Shown: one piece after another, positions 1 to 12,194 of the stretch
Layout of the letters: the number at the start of each line of letters is the position of its first letter
Position numbering within the stretch: the stretch's first letter is position 1
Source: Chrysomallon squamiferum
Lineage: Eukaryota; Animalia; Mollusca
Direction: 5' to 3'
DNA length: 64,000 nucleotides
Assembly: GCA_012295275.1 (NCBI GenBank)
Contig: CM022670.1
Location: forward strand, 23,560,001-23,624,000
Translations under genes and position numbers: made by a program
The notes under the pieces: generated by a model
Seen by the model: only the letters and a program-made list of their open reading frames with translations
The model's database searches: none
Told to the model about the DNA's origin: nothing

Positions 1-65
1 TTTTTTTCTTCTACATTTTAAATACTAAAATACAAAAATCAATCACCAACAACAAAACAACTTAC

Positions 66-120
66 ATTATGTTCTGGTATCACATGCAGCTCTTCGGGGA
101 AAAGTTTTCGCCTCATTTTC
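66..120 (-). CDS. Internal coding exon (55 nt, phase 2 to phase 0) of an unidentified gene continuing off the left edge; reads (R)KMRRKLFPEELHVIPEHN
   Basis: Minus strand: acceptor tttag|G at 121/120 and strong donor AAT|GTAAGT at 66/65. Open in the frame that joins the AG|GTTTGG donor at 224/223 across a 103-nt intron. Confidence 0.6.
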
Positions 121-223
121 CTAAACGACATGATTACTACCTATTTTCTTTTCATAAACAAAACTGACCAAACCCTAAAACCCACATACATTCTCTGCTT
201 CGCACCCACCACACTGACCAAAC

Positions 224-441
224 CTGCGAATGGTTCTGGGTTGTAGGTAAAAACGAGATAACTGACAATAAGACAACACTGTGATGAGCTGGTGCTCTGT
301 CTCAGAGGAATAAAGCCAGGCTTGGCTAGTAATGATCTCTCTGATTAGATTTCTATTCACTTCAACGTCAATAAGTTCCTGCCACTGTCCACCAACAACG
401 AGCCAGGTGGAATCCGATTTGCGATTTATCATAATTTCCAT
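224..441 (-). CDS. Coding exon MEIMINRKSDSTWLVVGGQWQELIDVEVNRNLIREIITSQAWLYSSETEHQLITVLSYCQLSRFYLQPRTIR(R); product unidentified
   Basis: The most protein-like ORF in the window. Kozak-like aatATGG with an in-frame stop shortly upstream and several pyrimidine-rich acceptors at about 465-590. Two possible donors: AG|GTTTGG at 224 (phase 2) or AAT|GTATGT at 190 (phase 0). Confidence 0.65.
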
Positions 442-2569
442 ATTTACACTCTCGTATATAAATCTGCGACAGTTTTAGTTGTGTGTGTGTAAGAATATGA
501 ACTGGAAAAAGATCTGTGCTTTATTCTAAATAAAAACGAAAATGGTTGCTGAAAAAGTGAAGAATGCTGAGGATTTTGTAGAAAATGATCTGGAAATGGA
601 GGAATAATGTTTTTATTTAGAATTCCAAAAAAAAAAAAAAAAAAAATGGCGTACAGAAGAAAGCAGCATGGATATATATTTGATACTCATATAAAATATT
701 TTTGAATATAAAAACATGTTGATATGTTTGAATGAATATTCTGTCATTCGTAATTTGATTACTTAATATTTCATCCTGATCTGTTAATTTAAAAAAATAA
801 AGTAATTCATTGGTATGCACTTTCTGACCCTATTTGGTTTCTAAACACATATAAATTTTGCATTCTGTACACAAAGGTATTAAAATATGCACAAATTAGA
901 AGAAATTTTAAAAAGTATTTAATGTGTCTTGCATAAAAGACATTATTAAACTTATACAAATACAAGATTTTACTCTTGTTTCTACAGATAAAAGAACTAG
1001 TGCTTTAATCTCTTTTTTCTTCTAAAACTTTAATATTTATTTTACTTTAGGATTTTTTTTAAACATACCACACAAAACATTTATACTAAAACCTAGAAAA
1101 CATAAATAAAACATAAATAAAAATCTAAGTACAGTAATAATCCTGAAGCGTGTATTTGCATTTCTCTTAACTGTCATGAAAATATCAGTTAAAATGCACT
1201 CTTTAATATCTGTTAGGAGACAGGATCAAATCTAGACAGAGACTTCCTATCCACAACCAAATGAGATATTAATACAAACAAATCTTCTGACTTGACACTG
1301 TTTTCTCAGAGTTTCTAAGACAGACATGTTTTTAATAACTTTCTCTGGCAGGCATTTTATATCTTTCTTAAATTTATTCTCAACTCATTTTATAAGAATC
1401 AGAAAAAACAGGGCTTTTTTATATAAACACTGAATGTTTGACCATGTTTTATCCTAAATCCTTAGTGAATGCCTTAAAACAGTCAACAGTTTACTTCTGA
1501 AAACAAATCCAGTCAAACATTTGATGTACACTCATTATTTCTTCATAGGGTAGCCATTTCCATATTACAAAAAACCAAAAGGACATTTTAAAAAATGTTG
1601 TCACATTATTTTCAACCTAAATTAAACATGTTTAACTATGAGCTGAAATATAAAAAAATTGCATAAAATATACAAAATATACTAAAAAATGTTGGTTTGT
1701 CAAATATCATTATAATGTAACAAGGGCCTTTTTTTTTTTTAAACTCTGTGTATATGTTACACACATGATATTTGAATTCATACAGTATAAATAAAGAAAT
1801 GAAAGAAATGAATATTTATTTTTATTCCTGCTAGAACGACATATCCGAATTAACTTACTTCACAAACTGAAGTAAGGAATAGAAAAGCATATTGTTTTGT
1901 CACAAGCCTATGTTATTTATGTAATTCTTTTCAGACAGGTTCTAAAAGAGACAAATTAATATCCTGCTTGAGGTGGTTCTCACAAATAGGTCTTTTGTAT
2001 AAAACATGGTATCCCAGACATTATTTTCATAATCTAATCATTACTTGTCAGTTATTAATCTGTGTACTTAGTTGAGTAAGAAACACAGTTAACACAAATT
2101 AAATATACATGAAAAGACAAATGATATTTTGTGCAGCAAAACTTTTAATAAATAAATAAATAAAATTAATAAGTGGCTTGTCAGATCTTTTCACGTTTCA
2201 GATAGCAGATTTGTTCATCTGTAATAATTGAAAATTATAATTTTAAATACAAAAAGTATTTAATATTTGACCTCGAATAGTTGATAATTTTAGAATTCCC
2301 TAAATATAGCACAATGGTTAAGGACATTATATTAATAATATCCAGCGACACGTTTGAAGTGAAGCATATTTGCACAATTACTGTACATGATGTCCTGCTA
2401 AGAACTCTTCCAAGTATGCCATGAATTAATCCACTTCATTAAACTAATCCCTTGAACTAACCTTGCAGAAACAATTTTTCAAAATGTATGTAACACTAAA
2501 TCCACAACTAACTCTAACCTGGGACACTAGCACAGTTTAAAGTCTTGCTATCATTTAGTGAGTTTATGC

Positions 2570-2622
2570 ATTTGTATGTGTGTATTGTGTGTTGTGTGTG
2601 TGCTATCTGTGCATCTGTTGTG

Positions 2623-2665
<43 letters not shown>

Positions 2666-2725
2666 TTGTGTGTATTGTGTGTGTATTGTGTCTGTGTTGT
2701 GTGTGTGTGAATGTCTGTGTGTGTT
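2570..2725. repeat. TG-rich degenerate microsatellite with perfect (TG)n core at 2629-2664
   Basis: Seen directly. Confidence 0.95.
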
Positions 2726-2869
2726 AAATTACAGATGTTAAGTGCATTTCTCTGTGACATGGACCAGAATAATTAAATTTGTTTCTATTACAGCTGTCAG
2801 TCAAATTAGTATATTTTACAGACACTGACAGAGCTCTTTAAATACATTCAGAAATTAAACACAGAGTGA

Positions 2870-2870
<1 letters not shown>

Positions 2871-2917
<47 letters not shown>
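2871..2917. repeat. (TG)n microsatellite
   Basis: Seen directly. Confidence 0.97.
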
Positions 2918-2920
<3 letters not shown>

Positions 2921-3926
2921 AACACCAACATATAGTGAGTTATTTTTCTTAATATATTTCTTCTGGTTTTCTCAGCTGTAAGAAATAAACACATGCCATA
3001 ATAAAAAAATTGGCCAATATATTTATCCTCAATCTGTGATATAATCAGCATTTTGCCAGGAGCATGATCTACATTTTAAACAAACAATGTTCGTATTTTA
3101 TATTATTTTAATGGCAAAGATCAAAAGTGTCACTGAAAATAATTAAACTCAAAGATTGTTTTAACCTGATGAAATACCAACATACCAGCAGTAGAATTAT
3201 CATAACAACAGTTTTGATTAGAAACACCAGATTTTTGTTGTTATGTAATAAAACTCTTTGGTTCGTTTTGACAAAGCTGGACAATACGTGAAACAAACAG
3301 GTCGTAACATACAAGGTGTACATTTCACAACTTACTAATGAAAACCGCTGTGACAGGTTTACAATGTTAATTTCCCATTGTATTTAAATCCTCGAGGTCA
3401 CATATTACCTAATGTTATTCAAACAGAATATATCTAAATAACGTCACACGTAGAATTAATGAAAGAAAAACAAACAAAAAAATGAAATAATGCAAACTGG
3501 AGTTTACGTTAAAGTGATGTTTTACGTCCTTTGATCAAATTGATGTTGTGTTGTTGTTGTTAAGGTCTGTTTCACAAACTCTGGAAACTTTCTGTCCGAC
3601 ATCAGCAAATTTAAACACGCTTGCATCTATTTTCATCTTGCCTTGTAAAACTGGTATGTCGCATAAACATAAATATAAAAACAATAATAATAAAAAATAA
3701 AAAAAATAAAACGAAAAGTAAAATGTCACGGGAAAACTCTCGCTGATTTGTGATGTAATTTCACCGCATAGACCGAGACGGGTTTTTTTTTTTTTATCTT
3801 TATATATATTTTTTTTTTTTCTGAAGTACTGTGACCTGACAACTTTGAAACGACTACACGTGATATGAGTATTACACGTATTAAAAGTTAGAAGTATCAG
3901 ACAAGATGGTAATCCTGTGTACGTAC

Positions 3927-3986
3927 CTCCGCGTGTTTCTTGTAGGGATCGTTAAAGGGTTTTCTGTCGCTTTCCTCGAAAGCCAT
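3927..3986 (-). CDS. Coding part of a probable first exon: MAFEESDRKPFNDPYKKHAE, phase 0
   Basis: Kozak gacATGG, 20 open codons, donor GAG|GTACGT. Lies in a CpG-rich patch about 200 nt downstream of a TATA/Inr pair. Confidence 0.6.
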
Positions 3987-4185
3987 GTCCTCGATACCAG
4001 TAGACTGCCTGTTTCGTGTCAACACAGCGAAATGCTAACGTGTTAGTGTGTCGGCTAAAAATAGACCGCGTGTGTGGTGGCACCCCTCCCTTCTTGAGAG
4101 TGATGCGGAACGCGACACATCACATTCACAGGATCTTTTTGTTGAAAATACTGTACAGAAGACAGAGTACGCGGATGTTTACTCA

Positions 4186-4222
4186 CAATGATACCCTGAA
4201 ATAGGGAGTGTGGCTTTATATA
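4186..4222 (-). promoter_or_regulatory. Pol II core promoter: TATAAAG box plus Inr-like TCA(+1)TTG, predicted TSS about 4189
   Basis: Minus-strand TATATAAAG at 4222-4214. The T of TATAAAG (4220) is 31 nt upstream of the A of TCATTG (4189), which is the canonical spacing. Confidence 0.55.
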
Positions 4223-4442
4223 TCGAACTACCCCGTCCTTCCTTCCCAGCAACCCACTTTCCATGATTCTTTGCTCAGCTCTGAAATTTTAGTTAATTTA
4301 GATATTCAAGATGAAAAAAATAAAATAAATTAAAAATTAAAATAAAGTATTTATTTTTTGAAATAATATTTAATTTTAAATTTTGTTTTTAATAAATGTT
4401 ATCAAAACAAGTAAACCGTCTCGTTTATATATTTTTTGGTTG

Positions 4443-4478
<36 letters not shown>

Positions 4479-5721
4479 GCTACTATGCATCGAATTAAAG
4501 AAAATAACTGAAGTAAAATGTAGAGGATAGGCAAGATACAGGATGAAGCAATTAGCATAAAAAATAAAATAAATTAGATTATAAACTTAACCATTCGCGT
4601 TCTCAGATTCTGTAGACAAACGTGTATGGCTAAATTGTGGGGAAAAATCTATATCTTGAGGACCCTAATAAACTCCCTAAACAAGGACTGCTGAAATATG
4701 ATATCCCGGTTTAGAAAATTGTTATCTTCTGAACGACGTAAAGAATGTTTTGAAGCGTGTGATCTGTGCCACACTGTTTACACAGACCTTCCATCTCGAA
4801 CTTTACAAAGAAAGAAAAAACCAGTGAAACGACAAAAAAGTACGTGTTGAAAACAGTTTTCTAGTTTACTCAGTTTTTTTCTTAAAACAAATTCAGAAGC
4901 CAATTAAGAGCAAACTGACGATGACAGGTAGTTTTAAAATTGTATTAAAAACAGAAAATCGATGTTCTAATCAAGAACTACTGATCATGAAAAATTCGTT
5001 CTGCATATACGTCTATAATATTATATTACAACTATTCGTTTGTATGGATTTTTGACCGTCAGCTCGCATTAACTATTCATGTATGACAAGCAAGAAAAGC
5101 AGCTGACAAAAGCTACACTAAAATAAATGCTGAATAATATCGATGATAAAAGCACTGTGTAAACCAGTATGTTCCCCCAAAACAATAATTCTTCTCCAGT
5201 GCATTGAAATCAGACACCTGACCAAATGAAACGATATGAAATTTAAAAGCCAGTGTTCATAGCAGTTAAAATTAAATTAGGTTTTATTTTCCGTATTTCA
5301 TTTGTCAAGCAACATTTTTTTTTTTTTTTGCATATAAAGATCTAGAAGCGGTTTATAATAGCAAAAACGAAAATAGATTTTTTTTTTTTTTTTTTTTTTG
5401 TGATTACATTTTCCTGACGACATTCTTCAATATGATTCATCGTGAATGTAATCAGTGGTATTTTTCCAATTTAAAAAAAAAAAAAAGTGTAATCCTTTGT
5501 TTTAAAAAGTCAACTGACCTCTATTGATTTTCTCAAAGTCGATGATTAAATACTTTATTTCCTAAGTTTCCCAGTGGTTTGGAGGCTCCACTCGTGCTAA
5601 TCTGTACTTCAAAAGGAAATTGCTTAGCTTAATTATTTATTCGAAAGAAAAACAAGTAACGTGAACAAATCCTTCTTCTGCTTAGAAACATTTCTTAGTC
5701 GAAACTTCTCATTTAAGTCGT

Positions 5722-5724
<3 letters not shown>

Positions 5725-5800
<76 letters not shown>

Positions 5801-5817
5801 CCACACACACACACACA
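5725..5817. repeat. Compound (TC)n-(CA)n microsatellite
   Basis: Seen directly. Confidence 0.97.
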
Positions 5818-6118
5818 CTCTTTCTCTTACACATTCTCTCTGTCTGTTTATTTTTTCTCTGTCACAGATGTTTTCTCTGTCGCTGTCACACACTAAGTTT
5901 TCATTGTCTGGAAATAACTGAGTGGGTGGATATGGTGTGTGGTTTTCTTTTTTAAATTCGTAACAATCGCCGCTATTTTAACCTACCCGGATGAATGTCA
6001 CGTGACTGGGTTGTCTGTTATATAATGACAATCTGAAAACCATTGATAGTAAAATTAAATGAAAATATTTTTAAATTCTGTAATGGGTTGTTTTGAAAAA
6101 CTTAAAAACACCTGAAGT

Positions 6119-6121
<3 letters not shown>

Positions 6122-6194
<73 letters not shown>
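6122..6194. repeat. (GT)n microsatellite
   Basis: Seen directly. Confidence 0.97.
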
Positions 6195-6196
<2 letters not shown>

Positions 6197-9137
6197 GAAG
6201 GATTTATGTATTTTCATTTCTTGTATTATTTTAATTATTTATCAGATTATTAATTACTTAAAAAAACATATATACATATATATATATATAAGCAAGCAAG
6301 ATCTAAATTCTATTCAAACGAACGCATTCTAAATCCCACTTAAATCACAAGCCTTGTAAACAAAAATATTTGGCTAACTTTTTACTTACTAATCAGATTT
6401 TTAAAAAATAATAATAATAATCCAGAAAAAAACAAAACAAAAAAACTGTTTAATACATGATTGATAATGATAAATGCGACAACTAAAGCCGATTCTCTAT
6501 TCCACAGAAAAAAAAAAAAAAAAAAATTGGACTCGCCAGACAGTGGATTACCTGTCTAATTAATACAGGTATTCTACTAATGATGTGCAATGTCCTGCGG
6601 AAAATCCTCTTTGTTCTGGTGAATACCTTGTCACCTTGATTAGAAAAAACCTAATCAGAGTCGCGTCTTGACTGGAGTAAACAAATAACACCGTGGTGAG
6701 CGAAAGACCCAGACGTGCGTATTGACAATGATTTCACGACACAAACATTGTCATTAATCGAATACGACTAAAATGATTCGAGTGATTTTAAGGAGTGTGT
6801 TTTTTCAAGTATGTTTTCAGTTTTGTTTGATTTTAATGGATGTAATTTTTCAGTTATAATCATTCCCATTATAATATGTTTGGAACATTCAAGGGTTTGA
6901 AAATACAAATGTTTTACAGTTATGATATCGGATTTTTTTTTTTTTATCTGCGTGTATGTGTGTGTGTATTTGTGTGAATTATTTCAAGGACTTTTTTCAA
7001 ACACTGTGCATGTCTATTTGAGTGTAGAAAGAAAAAGAGACACATACAAAGTTTTATTTATGTCACTTTAAACTGAAAACATGAATGGGTATTTAACATA
7101 AGAATAGGGTGACAAGAGTTACATACGTTTGTGTGTGAGCGTGTATGTGTGCATGTGTGTGTTTGTCAAACGTTCAAACAAAAGCTGAATACCGTAATCA
7201 TAAATTGTCAGATAGTGATTGATAGTTCTGTGCTTTAACCCAAATCAAAATCATCTTTTTTTTTTTTCACCTCTGGCAATCACAAACCAAACACCAAACA
7301 GCCGCTCAAAAGATTAGTTTTGCAAGCTGCAGACCTGCTCGTTGATGACTCCGCCCTGTTGCAGGGCAGTGTTTAAAACAATGTTTGTGTATTTTGAGAG
7401 AACTCGTGTTTGCCTTCCATCACTGCCCTAATGACTTCAGCTTCCTCGTCTGGCGTTGATCAATGTTGCCGAGTCAGAAATAAAACGCTTCTGGTGGCCC
7501 CAGTGTTGACCCTCGACGTAACGCCGTCAGCGTGCCATGACGTTAGCAACGTTAGCTGTAGTGCGTCTGTCTGCTGTGCTTTGTTTGTTATACACTGACA
7601 CGATCAGGTGAAAATGTTTTTAAAATTGTTTATTTATTCACTGATGTAAAATACTGGTTGATTTATACACTAATTATTAATTTTAAAAATCGAGAATGAA
7701 TGGTAGATGATTATGTTTATCTCCGCATACACACGCACACGCACATGTATATATGCATATACTAATATGTACTCATATATTTGTGTTTATCTCTATGTGT
7801 GTATATATGTATGTGTACACACGTCTATATATAATATGATGTATATGTATACACACATATATATATAAAAAAGCCCGCATGAATTGTTTGTCGACAGTGA
7901 CATCTTACAATAACTTTGCGCAATGTAATCCCTTATTTTGACGGCGCCTGTATTCTCTTTATATCACAGCTGTCAGATTATACAGTGAGACGAAAACAAC
8001 TTGTTTGTTATCATCAGATTACTTTTATCAGACCAAATTTCTATTACATTAATTTACATATACACAAATGGGTAATTTGAAGTCAGTTTCCTCTTAGACT
8101 TCATCCATTTCTCTCTCTCTCTGTATAAATATATATATATATTATATGTTTGTGTGTGTGGATGCATATAGATTATACACAAACTAATACAGTAAAAGTC
8201 ATAAAATTTTAATTTCAGTGCCAATTCCTGTTATATTAGTTAATCATCCAACACGTAAATAAATTTGGATTTACTTGACTGTTGTACCAGACTGACATTT
8301 TACAGTGAAACAGGGTTACTACGTGACACTAATACATCACACTCTCAGTACGGTTTTTAAAGTACATGTATAAGTAGGAAACTCTGAAATGTAATACGTC
8401 CTTAAAACATCACGTTAGGATTCTTGCTGGATGACATGCAACGTGAAAAGGACGCTGTGACTAATGATCACAGCTTGTTACTTTTTAGGAAAGTAAGCGG
8501 AAAGTTTTTTTTATGTATATATATATTTTTATCATAATGCGCTTCATATTATTTTGCTACTGAACTCAAATAACGCGTTTAAGGGAAAGTGTCAGTTGCA
8601 AATTAGGAGAGAGAAAAAGAGACGGAGTGAAAATTTATTTTATTTTATTTTATTTTTATAATAAATAAATAAATAAATTCAATCTGTGACCGTCAAGGAT
8701 GTTTTATATTATATTATGTAACTGTTTGTGACGTGAGTGAAAACGTTTCAGTGTATTTCGTGTGTTATCATCTGACAGGCAAATTAAGATAATTAATATA
8801 TTACGCCAGGCTGTTTCAATAGGTGATAATCAAAATTTAAAAACTGAACTTTAATACAACAGGCAAATACGAATGAACTTTGATTATTAACATTTAAAAA
8901 GAAAAAGAATATATATATATATATATAAAAGCAAACACTAAATCAAAGGAAATATTTTTTATAAAAAGTTTGTAATATATATAAGAAAAAATATTATCCT
9001 TATGAACAAGCAGATATGATCTTGTTTATACTTTAATCAACTATTTGACATTTAATAAAAAAAAAAATATCCAATTTACTGTCAGTGAATAATAATAAAA
9101 AGAAAGATTATTAATTCACACAAAACACACAGAAAAC

Positions 9138-9186
9138 GTTTTTATTATACTGTTTTTATTATACTGTTTTTATTATACTGTTTTTA
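9138..9186. repeat. 14-bp tandem repeat GTTTTTATTATACT, about 3.5 copies
   Basis: Three exact copies plus a partial copy. Confidence 0.9.
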
Positions 9187-9259
9187 GTGTTTATAATTTA
9201 CGTTTCCGTCATTCTGTCACTAAATTGAATATCGTAAGGTCAAAGATGTCATTACCCAA

Positions 9260-9372
9260 GAAATGTATACACCACAAGTAATACACACTGTTACATAATC
9301 TTAACACCATGAAATGTATACACCACAAATAATACACAGACACTCTTACATAATCTTAAACACAATGAAATG
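9260..9372. repeat. Tandem duplication of about 51-56 bp (gaaatgtatacaccacaa...ttacataatcttaa), two copies
   Basis: Two adjacent near-identical copies. Confidence 0.9.
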
Positions 9373-9459
9373 AAATTCATTTATAGTACAGTTTAAGTCT
9401 TATATCCTTTTTTTTATAACTAATAGAATAATCATTCCATGTAATTTTCCCCTTTATTC

Positions 9460-9569
<110 letters not shown>

Positions 9570-12057
9570 TACCATTTATCACTTTTAAAGAAAACACAAA
9601 AAAGCAAATTAAACAAAATAAAAAACAACAAACAAACCAAAAAACGGAAAAGGACGTAAGCCCTTTTTAAAACGATAAACATCTATTATCGGATGTCTGT
9701 TGATTTTGCTATTGATTAGTTTGTTACCAAGAAGCAATGTTTAATCACTATACGTAAGAGCATTAAACTTAACTTTTGTCTCAAATGGATTTAAGCCCTT
9801 TTGCAACTGATTACTTCATATCTATATCTATATATGACTAAAGAGTAAATTTAGATGAACTGGTTATTCTAACAGTCATAAATAAGGATTATGAATACAC
9901 ACACACACACACAAACATACACACACGTATATAGTGGGTACAGCCCTCTTAATAACTCGATACATAGAACGCAATTGCAGAGACATAAAGCTACGTACGC
10001 TCATAAGAAATCTCACCACGATTGCTTCAGACTTCGCTGAACCGTGGTGGCCTACATTCACAAAATTATGACTACCAAAACAGCGTGCTTTTGTTTGAAC
10101 CAAACCCTCTGTTGACAAAAACTTTGTGACGTGAAAGACAACACGTCAAGTTGTATTTTACTCTGTGTAAACATATCTTCATTTAGGTTTCTTATTTCTT
10201 ATTATTATTTTTTTTTATTTTATTTATTTTTTTTTTTATTATTATTATTATTAATATAGACAGTGACTATGAATTGAACAAAACTCAGTGAAAGTTGTAT
10301 ACACTTACAATACAATATATGTATAAATGATGAAAATTATAATTATAAAAATAACAAAATTATATGGTTTTTGTCTTCTAACCGTTATTTATTTATTTAT
10401 TTATTTATTTAACATTGATTATTAATGTTTTTCAGTTTTTTTTTCACTTTTTTCATTTATTATTATTATTATTATTATTATTAAAATATACACAGCCACA
10501 GTCATCTAAATATAAACATTACATGGCTATCCCGCGTACACGACATTTCGTGATGTCTTGCAATGAGTAGCGACTGATTCTCGTCACATACTGGAGGTCA
10601 GTCTCAGAACCTGCACCGACTGCTCGCAACATGTCTTCATGTCAAGTGCAACCTGGAGTGAGTTCATGGCGCACACTCGGGTTTAGAACGGACGAGATAA
10701 ATCAGAACTGTTATTAACACACACACACACCCTGTGCTTCAGTGCAAACGTGCAAGTCTAAAGTCAATCCGCTAAAGTTAGTTGATATTTTCATTACGTC
10801 ATGTTCATATTATTTATTATCGTTTAAGGAAAACACGAAATGAAACCATGTTATAGATTTTTTTTTTTTTTTTTTCTCAGAAATAGAAGTTAAATAAAAC
10901 TACAAGTTGTTGAACAGGAAAATGAGTTCTATTTATACTAAAGAAATCTTTTTGTCTTTCTTTCTTTCTTTTATTTATTTATTTATTTATTTTCATGAAA
11001 TTTGAAAATCATGATCATAAGGATAAATCAGTATAATATTTATTTTTATGCAGCTGAAGACAGTCTGAATAAAATAAACGTTTAATGGATTGTGAATAAA
11101 ATATGAATACTACTTTACCATCATCATACTCATCGTTATTATTATTATTATTATTGTTGTTATTATTATTATTAATACTATCATACGGCTACTACTACTA
11201 CTATAATTAGTGTGATAAATGATAGAAATTTCAGAATGTGTCAGTTAATACAGGTATTGTATTGCATTCAGTTAAATAAAGTTAGAACTCATGGCGGCAG
11301 CTGGCAAGAGGTAAAAAAAGCAAGCATGTGTCATACATAACAAGTATGTAAATTGTGCAGCAAACATTTATACCACTCGTCAATACAAACGCAACAAATA
11401 ATAACAGATTAGAGTTCCCAATGGTTTCGTGAAACCGTCAGGAACACAACCCTCTTAAAACATTAAAACAGACTTCGCAAAAAAAAAAATGAAAATCGTT
11501 TTGTTAAAAATGCTTAAAGCAACAGTAAAGAAATCTTACTATGTTTTCCTTGCGACTGTTTCTCATTGCTGTTTTTCTTCAGACAAGTGTCGTGTATTCA
11601 AGCGCGGTATTTAGAACTATTATAGCGAAGTAAACCGTTCATTTTGTGTTTTATCATTATTATTATTATAGTTCAATCAAGGATTTACCTTTTTTTATAA
11701 GCTACAATTTAAAAAAAAAAAAATGTATCTATCAGAAGATTTAAATGTGATGTCCCACAAACTATGAATAACAGACTTAATGAAGTAATAAATTGTTGGG
11801 CTTGATTAGATGTATTGCTGGTGTTTGATTTGGTTGTATTGTTGTACTTGTTTGTCTTATTACCACATGATTTACAGCTTTCTTGTACAGACATTATCAG
11901 ATTTGAGTTGCTTCAATGGTAATGGCAGCTAGGTTGACTAATCCAAGGATTATCTGCTGGCTTAAATCAGAGTGGTTACAAATCCTGTGTAAGACACAAA
12001 GGCCTGATTTTCTTATTTGTTTAAAACAGACCTTACTCATTGTATTTGGTGAACAAT

Positions 12058-12194
<137 letters not shown>

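Noticed and set aside
542-607. Plus-strand mini-ORF MVAEKVKNAEDFVENDLEMEE*
   Set aside because: Only 21 codons, and explained as the complement of a pyrimidine-rich minus-strand acceptor/UTR region; no supporting exons.
3535-3655. Minus-strand ORF segment ...GKMKIDASVFKFADVGQKVSRVCETDLNNNNTTSI*
   Set aside because: Its acceptors do not match the phase-0 donor at 3927, and it ends in a stop with no good donor.
7960-7990. Seed-like matches to conserved miRNAs (tatcacagc for miR-2; tgactaga for miR-279 near 53961; tgaggta for let-7 near 12777 and 62113)
   Set aside because: Matches stop after 7-9 nt and there is no hairpin.
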